A DNA stretch of 64,000 nucleotides from Lama guanicoe (Eukaryota): positions 1,056,001-1,120,000 of the forward strand of contig MU054132.1 of the NCBI GenBank assembly GCA_013239625.1. Direction: 5' to 3'. The position numbers and the translations under genes are program-made. Below the pieces are notes generated by a model. That model was not told the DNA's origin. It searched no databases and worked only from the letters and a program-made list of their open reading frames with translations. Of the stretch, positions 26,658 through 39,739 are shown piece by piece. Every line of letters starts with the position of its first letter. Position 1 is the first letter of the stretch.

Positions 26658-27755
26658 CTGGTGAAATCATGAGAGTAGGTGCAGCTGACTGTCCCTCGAC
26701 CTGGAGAGATTCCAGCTGGGAATCCTCACTTGTTTCTTCCTGTGCTTGTGCAATTTCCAAGTCCTTGACTGGAACCGGTGCCACCTTTGCTTCTGAGGAT
26801 GCTGCAACATCCTTGGTTGGAGCCACATTGCTGGCCAGGGTCACTTCTGCTCCAGGGGGCAGAGCAACATCCTCAGCCAGGGTTACCTCCGTTTCTGGAG
26901 GTGAAACCACATCCTTGCCCAGGGCCATTTCTGTTTCTGGGGACAGAGCCACATTCTTGCCTGGGGCCATCTCTGTTTCCAGAGGTGAAACCACGTCCTT
27001 GCCCAGGGCCTTTTCTGTTTCTGAGGGCAGAGCCACATCCTTGCCCAGGGCCATCTCTGTTTCTGGAGGTGAAACCATGTCCTTGACTGGGGCCACCTCT
27101 GTTTCAGGTGGAGCTACATCCTTGCCCAGGGACATCTTGATTTCTGGGGGTGGAGTCATGTCCTTGACTAGGGTGACTTCTGTTTCTGGAGTTGGAGTCA
27201 CATCCTTGACTGGGGCCACTTCTGTTTCTGTAGGTAGTGCCATGTCCCCAGTCAGGGTCACTTCTGTTTCTGAGGACAAGGCTACCTCCTTGGCTGAGGC
27301 TATTTCTGTGGATGACACAACATCCTTAGCCAGGGCTACCCCTATTTCTGAGAGTGATGCTACATCCTTGGCTGAGGTCATCTCTCTGTCTGTGGGTGGT
27401 GCCACACCATCAGCTGGGGCCAAATCCATTTTTACAGGTGGTGTCCTCTCTGTTTCTTTGATCAGTGTTATGTCCTTGGCTGGGGCTACCTCTGTTTCTG
27501 TGGGCAATACAACATCCTTAACCAGGGCTTCCTCCATTCCCATGTCCTTGACTAGGGCTGTATCTGATTTGGTTGGTGGTTCCATGTCTTTAGTCAATGC
27601 CACCTCTGTTTCTGAGGCTGGGGCCACGTCCTTGGCTGGGACTATCTCTGATTCTCTAGATGGTGCCACGTCAGAAGCGTTCAGTCCCATTATTACTTCC
27701 AATGCTTTTGTTGGTGTTCTCTCTTCTGCTGATATCATTTCTATATCAGCTGGCT
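26658..27755 (-). CDS. MAP4: MAP4 large projection-domain exon (1098 nt, probably exon 7) with 14-aa KDM/KDV repeats
   Basis: ttccttag acceptor, CAG|gtatgg donor, 366 codons, phase 1-1; ORF 26611..27738 shows repeated KD[MV]xxxxETE[VM]xxx units typical of MAP4. Confidence 0.95.
26833..27084 (-). repeat. Six homogeneous 42-nt coding tandem units in an alternating 84-nt pattern
   Basis: [14 protein letters not shown] / [14 protein letters not shown] / [14 protein letters not shown] / [14 protein letters not shown] / [14 protein letters not shown] / [14 protein letters not shown] at exact 42-nt spacing. Confidence 0.9.
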
Positions 27756-28317
27756 CTAAGGAAAGTAAGTTGAAAGTTTAGGATCCATCACTGTCTGTTC
27801 ATAGCTCTTCATTCAAAACTCACTTGCTTAAGACACAAGAGTGTGTGGCTTTTGTGATCATAATACTGTAAATTTAACTAAGAAGTCGTCCAGTTAATGC
27901 ATTTGTGCCTACTCTTTGACAGTCTCAATACTTAGCAGAATAAATTGATGGCAGAACAAACAGTAAAGAAGGAAAGGCATAGGAGAGGGAAAAAAACCCA
28001 TGAGTCTAAAAAACAAACAACTCAGGTACACAATTAGTGTCAGAAAGGGAATCTGTGGGAGATCAAGAAAACCCCCCAGAGTTCTAAATTTGCACTAATT
28101 ACAAAGGGATTATTTTTGCCCATTAACCCCAAGTGTTGTACTTCAACTACAATTTAATTCCTTCAGTTGTGAGATCAGTAATTTAAGTTTAAAAACATTT
28201 GTGATAGTTGGAAATTTTTATCTATACTGCTTTACATAGCTAAAAAATGTCTGATGATTTATACTGATGATTGAACCTGTAACTATTAAGTGATAAGGAG
28301 GGATTCGAATAATTTAC

Positions 28318-28452
28318 CTGCTGTGGGCTGCAGAGGTTGTGTAATGGCCTCCAGGGAAATGAGGGACTCCAAGTGTGGAGGATTCGGAGCTTCCACAGAC
28401 CAGCCCTGAGGGGCAACAGCTGCAGGAGCAAACGTGTCGCAGGGAAACAGAC
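28318..28452 (-). CDS. MAP4: MAP4 coding exon (135 nt, probably exon 6): [45 protein letters not shown]
   Basis: atattag acceptor, AG|gtaaat donor, phase 1-1; PQGWSVEA motif of MAP4. Confidence 0.92.
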
Positions 28453-28961
28453 CTAATATTAAAACACATTTTTGAAACTCAGTCAACCCTGGGGGAAAAG
28501 GACATACAATATTTCAAATCAGCTTTATATATTGCCATAAAGACACAGGCCAAAAGGACCAATGAGAAACAAAGCAAGAAAGTTTCACAGTAAAAAAACC
28601 ACTGACATTCTTAGGTCTGGGCTAACTGTCAGGCTGTCATGCCATTAGTCAACACTGACTGGCCACCTTCTATAAGGTTTTACAAAGATTCAAATTACAA
28701 AAGGATGAGCTCTAGCTCTAAGATCACAACCTACAGAACCTAATGTATAGTAAGGGATTGTGAGTCTTCATTTCCTCATTTGTACCATGAGATTACCACC
28801 TCCCTTCCAACATTAGAATACAATTTTGTGAAAATGGTTTGTGTATTATTAAGAACTAGACAAATGTAAAAAAGTATTATTATTATGCTGTCATCTGCCA
28901 GGCATAATATCATATGAGATTTAATATCACATGGTCCTTGCCATCAAGATTATTACAACCT

Positions 28962-29211
28962 TGGGGGTGGGAAGGGACAGACTGGGATTTCAAAATGTAG
29001 AACATATAAACAAGAGTATACTATATAGCACAGGGAGATATATACAAGGTCTTGAGGTAGCTCACAGTAAAAAAAATGGGACAATGAATATATGTACGTT
29101 CATGTAAAACTGAAAAATTGTGCTCTACACTGGAATTTGACACAACATTGTAAAATGACTATAACTCAATAAAAAATGTTAAAAAAAGAAAAGAAAAGAA
29201 AAGAAAAAAAT
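28962..29211 (+). mobile_element. Young 5'-truncated L1 3' end with perfect 15-bp TSD
   Basis: agattattacaacct at 28947-28961 and 29212-29226; aataaa plus A/GAAAA tail. Confidence 0.85.
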
Positions 29212-29307
29212 AGATTATTACAACCTAGCTAGAGAAACAAGACAGACATATATCAAATAATGCAAACTGTACAGTATGGACTAAATGCTACAAGAGGTCA
29301 AAAACAC

Positions 29308-29480
29308 AACAAGTTTATACTGTATAGCACAGCAAACTATATTCAATATCTTGTAGCAACCTTAATGGAAAATATGAAAATGGATATATGTATGTATATG
29401 TATGACTGAAACATTATGCTGTACACCAGAAATTGACAAACACTGTAAACTGACTATACTAAAATTAAAAAAAAAAAAAG
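29308..29480 (+). mobile_element. Second L1 3'-end fragment
   Basis: tatactgtatagcacag...tatattcaatatcttgtag...gactgaaacattatgctgtacaccagaaattgac followed by poly(A). Confidence 0.75.
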
Positions 29481-30219
29481 CTACCAAGAAAAAGAAGTTT
29501 AAAAACCACCATGAGGAAAAGAATAGTTACAGAAGGTTCAGAGGAGAAGTGAGAGCAGGAAGAGAGAAGAAAGTAGTCACTTTCAAGGATGGAGACTATT
29601 GAGCAAAGAAAAGTATGAAGATACCAACAGAACAAGAACGTTTCTGGGACTATGAGATCAAACAGATCCTGTATACTAGAGAGGGAACAGGATTAGAACA
29701 AACAATAGAAGAAAGATCTGGAAAGCCAGAGAAAAATAGACTTGAAGGGAGAAAAAATTAGGCTGTCTTATGGTCTTCATCATGAAAATGAGAAAATGAA
29801 TGCAGAAAAAGGATCACCTTAGGGTGATCAGTACAGTACATATGTTTGGAATTAATTTTAAAAGGGAGTAGGAAGTCTGTTAGGAGACAACGAAAGTGGT
29901 CTAGGTATGAAGTGATAGGGGTTTGCACTGGGGTAAAGCAGAGGGAGCATAAAGGAAGAGAAAAAAGATGCTGTAAAGAATGAAATCAATGCAACTAAAT
30001 GACTGACTAGCTAGTGAGCTGAAAAAACAGGCGTCAAAGCCAAAATTCAAAATATGAGGAGACTAGGTGGATACCATCAAAGTCAACTCACTTAACATCC
30101 TTCTCCAAAGAGAACTTTAGTCCAAAGAAAAGCATAAATGAAACATATTATTAGCCAGGATCTTTACAAATACAAAATCATAAGCATTATTTGAAGCGAG
30201 ACTTACTGATGATGTGTAC

Positions 30220-30705
30220 TGAAGGAAAGCAGACTACGTCACCCCAAAATACATTTCTTTGACATAAAAATTTCGAGCTGAAGGCAATTAAACGAACAGC
30301 AAACCCAGAAAAAGCTTCCCCTCTTTTCTGCCTAAAGGCAGGATATAAATTTCCCTTTATTGGAGGGAGACTCTTATCAGGCCAGAGAGGGCGCCAGAGG
30401 AATCTGCAAACAAATCTGACTCCAGCAGTTTCCTTCCATACATTTACCTTCCCACAGTATGATTCTTGGAAGTATAAAATTGCTTTCCTCTGTCCTGTCA
30501 TTTTTCTACAAATTTATTAGTCTTTGTTGAGGATATTATATAAACCGAATTTCTAAGCTACCACTTTGACTTACTTTCCTCCCATGTGACGTATGCCGCA
30601 CTTGTTAATAAACTATTTGTTTTTTTCCCCTTATTAATCGGTCTTTTTATTAGAGTCTCAACTGAAAACCTAAGAAGGCAGAGGTAAAGTTTTGCCTGCC
30701 AGACA
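30220..30705 (+). mobile_element. Solo ERV1 LTR (MER34/MER39-like)
   Basis: Begins TGaaggaaagcagactacgtcaccccaaaata, contains AATAAA near 30607, ends in CA. Confidence 0.7.
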
Positions 30706-31174
30706 GCATCTTGGCCATGTTCATGTTAAAACTTATACAAAACCAGGAATGAGGATACTACTAGCTGATAACTAAGATCTGTTAAATGTTTACTATGTAC
30801 CAGACACTACGTGCTTTTACATAATTTTATTTAATCATCACCACATCTTTAAGGTAAGAACCAGTGTTGGCCCCATTTGATAGATAAGGAAACCAAAGTT
30901 TAGGGAGGACATAACTTGACCAAGGCCATGAGCTAGTAAAATGTAGGCAGAGAATCTGGCCTAGGATATAGGATTCAAGATCCCATAAGAGGAGGTGAGC
31001 AGACCCCGAGCAGCCCAATTGTGAATTCTCTCCTGTGATTAATCTAGGAAGAGCCTTATCAGAGCCAGAGACCCTAAACATGGTTTTGCCTAGTGGTTAA
31101 CTTCAAAGGTGATAGGTGAAAGGCAATATTAATTGTTCGGAGTTAAGAAATAAATCCAGCTGGAGAAGTCATAC

Positions 31175-31288
31175 CATAACTGTCTTTCAGGGGATCATTT
31201 TGTTCTGTAAATGATGAAGTACTGGTTGTTCCACGGGGGAGAAAGAGCAAATCTTCCAGGCCATCATCATGGTGCATCTTAAAGGGAT
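31175..31288 (-). CDS. MAP4: MAP4 coding exon (114 nt, probably exon 5): [38 protein letters not shown]
   Basis: ttattccag acceptor, G|gtatga donor, phase 1-1; hand translation matches MAP4 DPFKMYHDDD...[10 protein letters not shown]; not in the ORF track. Confidence 0.93.
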
Positions 31289-31539
31289 CTGGAATAAGGA
31301 AGGAATTTAACTAAGAAGATTAGCACTCCTTATTATCTTATGATGAATAATGATGAGTTACATGTGTGTTGTCAACAGTAAGTTAAATAAGTTGAGATAA
31401 CGTGTGGCTGAACATGGTAAGAAACCAAACAGTCATTAATTCATTTGTTACAAGTTAAAAATGAGTAATCTCACATCCTGTAAGATTTGATTATCCAACA
31501 AAAACTAAAAGCACAACTAATGCTCAAGTCTATAATGCT

Positions 31540-31803
31540 TAACCACATGGCTGTTGACTGGAGGCCTCTGTTCCTCCCCCATGTGTGCCTTTCCACAGTA
31601 GCTGGATGAGTAAACCCACTGTGGTCAACATGGAGACTGCAATGTCTTTTGTAACCTAATCCTAGAAATGGCATACCATTATTTCTGTCATCTATTCTAT
31701 TGGTCACACAGACCAAGCCTGGTATAACATGGGAGGCAACTACAGAAGGGTGTGAATACCAGGAGGTGGTGATCACTGGAACCATCTTGGAGGTTGGCTA
31801 CCA
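31540..31803 (-). mobile_element. MLT1 (MaLR) LTR fragment
   Basis: Reverse complement begins tggtagccaacctccaagatgg, typical of the MLT1 5' end. Confidence 0.65.
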
Positions 31804-31924
31804 TGCCTGACTTTCAGGACATTATACTCATCTGGGTTTTCTCCAACCCAAACTGGTCATTCCTGTGACATTACCCTTGCTGGTTCCTCTTCTTCCTGCC
31901 TTGAATTAGTAATTAAATACTACT

Positions 31925-32300
31925 CACAAAGAAAAGCCCTGGCTGAGACGGCATTACTGATAAATTCTACCAAACATTTAAAGAAGAATGAAAACCAATA
32001 CTTCATAAATACTTCCAAAATAGATTCCATTTATATGAAATTTCCAGAATAGATAAATTTATGGAGACAGAAAGTAGATTAGTGGTTGCTTAGTGGTGAG
32101 GCAGATAAGGAGACAGGTGGTGATATACCTAAACAGTACTGGGTTTCTTTTTGAGGTGATACAAATATTCTAAAATAGACTCTGGTGATGGCTATATATA
32201 CATGTAAATACACTAAAATCCACTAAATTGTACACTTTACACTTGCAATGGGTGAACTGTATGATATGTGGATTATATTTCAAAAAAGCTGTTTTTAAAA
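31925..32300 (+). mobile_element. L1M fragment (ORF2 piece joined to 3'UTR)
   Basis: aaattctaccaaacatttaaagaagaa; gagacagaaagtagattagtggttgc. Confidence 0.65.
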
Positions 32301-32890
32301 AATTACGTATGTCTAGGATAGCCAATAACTGGAGAATGGTACAAAGCATCAAGTATTAGATCATTTGGAACCAGTTATGAGCACCTTATAAATTAGATGG
32401 CAAAAAAGAAGCCATACACAACTGGAAACAAATACCCTGGGCTCTCAACTAGGTTACCTCTGACATGGAGGTATCAATGCTACTACTGCTTTGAGGTCCT
32501 TCTGCAATCTAGCCATCCCACCACTTCCAGCTCTAGGCAACTACAGTTATGCTTTTTTTTTCTTTGTCTCTATAAACTAGTTTGAATTTTATAGAAATTG
32601 TGTATATTAGTTTTCCCTTTTGTCAAATGAGGATAATATATATGTGGCAGAGTTAAATGAATTTCAGTTAATGTACTCAAAACAGGTTCTGAAGGGGAGA
32701 GGAATAGAGGGGTACCTGTCTCAGAAGAAGGGACAAATTAGAGAGAAGGGTCAACTAAATGTTCAGGGGAAATAATTATACCTTGGTCGTGTTTACTGAG
32801 TTGAAATGTTTTACTTGAGTAGTGATTGTGGCCTTTTCACGTTTATGTGATAGTTCACATTCAGCATTCATGAGCAAGCCTTCCACTTAC

Positions 32891-33013
32891 CAGTCTGGAT
32901 AGGATTCACCACTTGCTCGGGTTCAAAGCAAAAGTTTGTATCTTCTGGCCAGTTCTGATTGTTTTGATAGCCCTGATAGGCCATTTTCTCTTCAAGGAAT
33001 TCAGTTGGAGACC
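32891..33013 (-). CDS. MAP4: MAP4 coding exon (123 nt, probably exon 4): [41 protein letters not shown]
   Basis: tttgaag acceptor, G|gtaagt donor, phase 1-1; strong similarity to recalled MAP4 sequence; lies within ORF 32868..33119. Confidence 0.95.
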
Positions 33014-33229
33014 CTTCAAATAGAAACAGGAAACAAAAATTATAAGGTACCACTGTTTTCCCCTCCACTAGAGTTGAGTTTCTACAAGTATTACAGCTAC
33101 TACAATATAACACTATCATACCTGGATAGTGCCTCTGAAGAAAACCTTTTTAAAAAAATTTTTAAGATAGAAGGAAATAATCAAAGAATTGGAAGCATTA
33201 AGGTTGCCATAAGATTAAAAATACTGCAG

Positions 33230-33840
33230 AAGGACTTCTGGTGACGTACACATGAAAAAATTGATGAATCTTATCCACCAAAATATAAGTATAAAATTGG
33301 ACAAACTGTCAAAGGTAATCACTTCAATTTTTTGGAATTGGAACTTTTTAAAAAGTCAGATCTAAATAAATGGAGAAATATACCATGTTCATCAATGCAA
33401 GACTCAGTATTGTTAAGATGGCTATACTCAAACTGACCAATACATTCAAGGCAATTATAATTTTTTAAAAAATCCAAGCAGAATTTTTGAAAGATATCAG
33501 CTCACTCCATAATTGGTATGGAAGTGCAAAAAACAGAATAGCTAAAATAATTTTGAAGATAATCAAGTTGGAAGAGTTAGAGTACTTGATTTCAAAAGTT
33601 ACAATAAATGTACAGAAACCAAGTCATTGTGGTAAGGGCCAAACATTAGATAAATAGAACAGAACAGAATTCTGACAAAACCTACACAGTTGTGGTCAAT
33701 TGATTTTTAATAAAGGTGCCTTTCAATGGGGGAAAGGATACTTTTTTCAACAAATGGTACAGAAACAATTGGACACTTAACTCACACTATATATAAAAAC
33801 TAACTCCAAATAGATTAGACCTAAATGTAAGGAGTTAAAA

Positions 33841-33886
<46 letters not shown>

Positions 33887-36290
33887 AAATAAACAAACAA
33901 AAAAAGTTGTAGTAGAAAACAGGAGAAAATTCTCTGTGACCTTGGATTAGACAAAGATTTCTTGGAAATGTCACCAAAACAATCCATAAAAGGAAAAAAA
34001 TCATAAACTAAACATCATCAAAATGTGTAACTCTTGTTTTCCCAAGATACCATTAAGAAAATGAAATGAGAAGCCAGGCTGGGGGGAAATATTTACAAAT
34101 CATCAATCTAAGAAAGGACCTATACACAGAAGAAACATTGGCACATACAGTGTTTGTTCAAAACAGTGTATAGGCATTTAATGTGGGGAAATAGCTATTT
34201 CACTCTTTTTGTTTAGTTTTATTTACACTTGCAATGAACAATGGGTACAGTTTTTGTTTCCTGTTTCCCTGATTTTAGTAATAAAAAGTTGAGACTTGTA
34301 ATAAGGAAATCTCTTACACAACAATTATAAGACAAACAACTCAATTTTCATCAAAGAAAATATACAGATGGGTAATATACACATGAAAACCTCATCATCA
34401 TGAATCATTAGGGAAATGCAAATTAAAATCACTATGAGATGCTACTACAGAACCACCAAAATGGCTATAATCAAAAGCCCTGAAAATACCAAGAGTTTGT
34501 AAGGATGTAGAGAAACAAAAGCCTCTCTCATTCCTGGAGAGAATGTAAAATGGTACAGCTACTTCAGAAAAATAGTTTGACAGCTTTCTTTGCTTTTTTA
34601 AAATAACAGGTTAATTGAAATGTAAATTCAAACAACCTAACCTACCACCTAAAAGAACTAGAAAAGGAAGAACAAACAAAACCTAAAGTCATCAGAAGGA
34701 AATAATAAAGATCAGGGAAGAAATAAATAAAAAGGAGATAAAAAAAAAAAGAAAAAAAAATCAATCAAACCAAGAGCTGGTTTTTTGAGAGTAAACAAAA
34801 TCGACAAGCCTCTTGCAAAGTTCACCAAGAAGAAAAGAGAGAGAACACAAATAAACAAAATAAGAAATGAAAATGCAAAAATTACAACCAACACCACAGA
34901 AATGCAAAAAATTGTAAGAGAATAGTATGAACAAGTACATGACAACAAACTGGACAACCTAGAAGAAATGGACAAGTTTCTAGAAAGATACAGTCCATCA
35001 AAACTGAATCAAAAAGAAATAGACAATTTGAACAAACCAATCATCAGAAGTGAAATAGAATCAGCATCTAAAAACCTCCCTTCAAACAGAAGTCCAGGAT
35101 CAGATGGCTTCACTGGGGAATTCTATCAAACACACAAAGAACACATACCAATGCTTCCCAAACTCTACCAAAACTCATTCTATGAAGCCACCATCACCCT
35201 GATACCAAAACCAGACAGGACACTACCAAAAAAGAAAATTGCAGGCCAATATTATTGATGAACATAAATGCAAAAATTCTCAACAAAATATTAGCCAACA
35301 GAATCCGACAACACATAAAAAAGGCCATACAATGGTGAAAAGACAGTCTTTAGCAAGTGGTGTTGGAAAGGCTGGACAAGCCCCATGTAAATCAATGAAA
35401 TTAGAACGTTCCCTTCACACCATACACAAAAATACTCAAAATGGCTTAAAAACTTAAACGTAGGACAAGACACTACAAAACTCCTAGATGAAAACATAGG
35501 CAAAACATTTTCTGACATAAATCTTAGCAATGTCCTCCTAGGGCAGTCTACCAAGGCAATAGAAATAAAAGTAAAAATAAACAAATGGAACCTAATTAAA
35601 CTTACAAGCTTAAAAAAAAAAAGAATTTCAGCTATTTAAAAAAAAAACTTACAAGCTTTTGCACAGCAAAGGAAACTATAAACAAAACAAAAAGAAAACC
35701 TACGGAATGGGAAAAAAATATTTGCAAACTATGCGACTGACAAAGGTTTAATCTCCAGAATATACAGATAGTTCATACAACTCAAGTACAGGTTTTTGTG
35801 TGGACATATGTTTTCAATTCTATCGGGTACACATGCCTAGCAGTTGAATTGCTAGGTGATAGAGCAATTCTATGTTTAACATTCTGAGGATCAGCCAAAC
35901 TTTTCCAAAATGGTTGTACCATTTTACAATCTCATCAGCAATGTATGATGGCTTCATCAAAACCTGTTATTATGTGTCTTTTTTAGCCATTCTAGATAAA
36001 GGTGTGAAGTGGTATCCCATCATGGTTTTGATTTGCATTTCCTTGAAAACTAATGATGTTATGTATTATTTCATGTGCTTATATAAGATCATGTATATGT
36101 TTTCCCTCCAAAGAATGTCTATTCAAATAATTTTCCCATTTTTAAATTGAGCTACTTGTTTTTTTTTTTTAATCATTGAAATGTGAGGTTCACTTTCTTG
36201 ATGAGCACAAAGTTTTTAATTTTGATGGAGTCTAGTTTATCTACTGTTTTTGGTCACTTGTGCTTTTGGTGTCATAACCAAGAAACCACT
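33230..36290. mobile_element. Nested L1 cluster: old L1 (+), antisense L1M, and a younger internally deleted L1 ORF2 (+) at about 34628-35785
   Basis: ORF 34968..35258 (MDKFLERY...RSPGSDGFTGEFYQT) is L1 ORF2-like; orientation switches near 34590, 34628 and 35786. Confidence 0.85.
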
Positions 36291-36659
36291 GGTTTGGTTT
36301 CTGTAGGATTAGTGTCTACAATAGCAAGTACTCAAGTAAGTGTTGCTACTGGAGTTGAAAGAAAGATCATATAGCATGGCCATGGGATGATATGGAGTGC
36401 TTACCATATGAGATTAGAACTTAATTGGACCTGGAAGGATAGTTAGGAGGATGTAATTAAAAAGGGTTGGGAGACTGAGAAAGAGACAAAGTGGAGAAGA
36501 TATCCAGTAGAGCAAAACAGGAGTTAAGACCATGGGTGTAAGAATGGGAAAGTAAGGAGCACACCAACTTGGCTGGAACACACTTACGGGGGGCAGCAGT
36601 TCTTCAGAGAGGGCAGCTAGAGCATAGCTAAGGTGTCAAAGGCCAAACAGAGTAGCCTC

Positions 36660-36920
36660 CAAGATTTGTCTGCATCCCTTCTAAAGGGAACCACCGTGGT
36701 CCCTTCCAGGTGGTCCTGGTGTGGCTGTTCATAGTGGTATTTTGCTTTCCTGGCCAAACAAGTACACTTGTAACTCAAGCTGACCCAAAGTCCTCTGGGG
36801 AAATCTGATATATAGATATTTTGGATCTTGAGCCATAAGGATATACCTGGACTGCTGGTAGCCATTTTTCCCACCTTGAAAGAACCTGCCTGAGAATGAA
36901 GCCAAGGAGGTGGGAAAGAG
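36660..36920. mobile_element. Degenerate MLT1-type LTR fragment
   Basis: ctcaagctgacccaaagtcctc and gccatttttcccaccttgaaagaacctgcctgagaatgaagcc motifs. Confidence 0.5.
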
Positions 36921-38711
36921 AGGGAAGAGTAGAAAAGAGGGAGGAAAGGTGGGAGGGTGGAGAGGGGGGAGGAGAGAGCAAGAAAGAAAGACTTTTGAGC
37001 CAAAGATTAAATGCTTTACATATTAAAAAAAAAATCTACCTGTAGGAACCCAACAAAGATATATAACTGCATTGTCAAGTTCTTATAATGGTAGATAAAT
37101 TGAGGAAATAACCTAAAAAGTAAGAAATATACATTTTGTGTAGAGCTGCCTGAAGGTTTCTTCATAGGATAGAAAAGAAATCTAAATTAGAAAAAAAAAT
37201 ACGATATAAAGAAAGGAAACTGGACTTCAAGAGATCTAGGTTCCAGTCCTGGTTTTGTCACTTAACTGTGGGTGTAAACTTGAGAATTTTAGAGCCACAA
37301 ACTATTCATCTATAGTAACACACACACACACACTAGAGTTGGGCTACATAATTTTTAAAATGCACTTTAATTCTAAATTTTGAGACCTTTCATTTATCTA
37401 TTCACTGTTATACCCCTCAAAATCCTGGTAAAATACAACTTATACATAAGTACTCAGTAGTTACTGGATAAATGAAAGTATTGGTCATTTGCTTAAGCCA
37501 GAAAAATTGCAGTGACTCAAAGAACAAACCTTTCTTTTTTGTGTCTTTGGGAAGATTCACAAATGGCATATGGAGGAGGAAAGAAGAAAAAATAGTAAAA
37601 GATAAATAAATAGTTCTTAAAATTAGCAAATATATTTTTAAAACAGTAAGATTTTTGTAGGATTAATTTATCTCAGTTCTCAAATAACAAAGACACAAAT
37701 GTAGTAATACAGCCCATTCTGGATTATTAAAGAGAAATCAACCAGAAAACAGATTTCTCTGATGTTCCGAGGTTGAAGCTGGGACTCCCTCTAACTGATT
37801 CAGTAGTACTGTGAGCAACAGTCTCAAAACATGATCTTCGCCTAGCTTCAAGAATAGTTTTTCTTTTCCCCTTCTTAATTGTTATTAAATATTCTAGTAA
37901 GTCTGTAGCAGTGTTCAAATAACAACAGGAAGAGAGGGAAGGAGGGATACAGGGAAGGAGGCAGAGTAAACAAGCAAGCAAAAGGTTGGACACCAGCCAA
38001 GATTCTTGAGTTCTTGACCCTGCTCTGCTGAAGGCTAACCATGTGAATTTAGGACAGCCTTTTTATCTCTCCTGGTCTCAGTAATGACCTCTAAGCATAT
38101 CTGTTCAGTTTAGAGTTACAATAATAAAAAAACATTTTATCAATAATTTTATATTCCATAAGAAAGTACTAGGACTTCAATCTTTGAATTACTGCCTAGT
38201 TAGAGAAGGTGTACCTACCATCTATTTTTCAAAGCTAATGAAGACAATCTATTTAGGGCTTCAATACAACAAATGCCTCTCAGGAAATAATAATGCGAAT
38301 GTTGGGTGCTGATCTAATACCCGTCCCTCATCTACTGAAATGCACCCATACTGGGCTTATTCCCTAACTCTAACAGGAAAGCCGTATCTGGGGACAGGCT
38401 AGTCCCCTCGTGGCCCCTGAAGCCCGTGCTTCTTCATCCTTTTGCCTCTGCTCACGTGATCAGTCTCTGTCTGAACGCCTGCCTGTGTACCCCACATCCC
38501 AAAGCCATGACCTAGGTCAAAGCTTCCACAGAGCCTCTCTCAGAACTTTAATGCTCATTTTCCTCTTCTTAACTCTTTCAACATTTGTTGTTCCTAAGAA
38601 ACAATCTGGTCCTTAAACACATACTTATTCGTTTTTTTAAAAAAATTCTTAAACCTTTAAGTATTCTATGTTCATCATTTAAAAATTCATTATTTAACAT
38701 CTATGAATCTT

Positions 38712-38840
38712 TGGGGGGGGGCTGCAGGGGAGGTAATTAGGCTTATTTTATTTATTTTTAGAGGAGGTACTGGGGATGGAACCCAGGACCTCATGCATGC
38801 TAAGCATGTGCTCTACCACTTGAGCTATACCCTTTTCCCT
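38712..38840 (-). mobile_element. tRNA-derived SINE (camelid Vic-1-like)
   Basis: Reverse complement of the same A/B-box head; duplicated tatgaatctt on both flanks. Confidence 0.85.
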
Positions 38841-39739
38841 AATATGTATGAATCTTATTTTTCCACATCATTAATGTTTCTTTAAAAAGTAAAGACTGTG
38901 GTTTGATGATTTTATTTCTTCATAATGCCCAGCTCACTGCATGGCACAGAATAGTATTCAATAAATAAGTCACTATCAAAATTATCACAAGGTAATTATT
39001 CTGGACTGCATGGTTAAATTAATAAATTCACAGTATACACCAAAACTTCTTGGAAAGTGATTTACATTTAGTATAAAAAGCATAAAGAACCCCAGAAAAA
39101 TTTAAGCAATAGCCTATCATTTCTAAAATAAACTTTAAAAGGCTGTGATTCTACTTACATTTCCTTACTCTGTGGTTAAAAAGCACAGTTTTTAATCAGA
39201 GAAGTGGGTACATTTTCCTCACACATTCTGCAGAAGGAACATGCATGTCTGGTCCTCTTCTGCACGCTGGTGCTGCAGCCCAGCCTAGAGAGGCTTGCCC
39301 ATGAGCAACATTCAGAACAGCCTCTGGCCAACAGTGTCATTAATGAGCATGTTTCGCAGAGGATCCCTCCCACATCTTCACTCGGTATTACTGACCTAGA
39401 TTTCCTTCCTAAAATTCCACAGCAAAAGCAGGAAAAAACTCTCTTGCAGAAACAACAGCCTTCAGAATAAAAATATTTTTAGCATAATTACAATCTACTC
39501 AGAGAGTCTATTTCAGTAAAAGAATGAAAAATGAAATTTAAAACAAGAAGCAACTTATATAATGCAATGGAAACAATCCTAGATACCTTGGTTCTCCTAT
39601 AAAATAAAATGGGAAAAAACAGTGACCAGTGTTTATTTTTGTGAAATTGGAAGTATTTAACAGAAAAGGCAAATGGCTAAATATTTAAAGTAGCAATTAA
39701 TCAAGGAGTAATATCTATATATCAAAGCCAGAATAATTC

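Noticed and set aside
26833..27084. CRISPR-like regular repeats
   Set aside because: Eukaryotic coding tandem repeat with no unique spacers
26618..27781. 387-aa plus-strand Ser/Thr-rich ORF
   Set aside because: Antisense shadow of the repetitive MAP4 exon; it starts at a non-ATG codon and coincides with the exon limits
33843..33885. Long poly(A) run
   Set aside because: A-tract expansion within an L1 remnant; no identifiable retrocopy upstream
34712..36374. ORFs in L1 regions (also 50865-51492 and 573-1549)
   Set aside because: Fragments of degenerate LINE-1, not host genes
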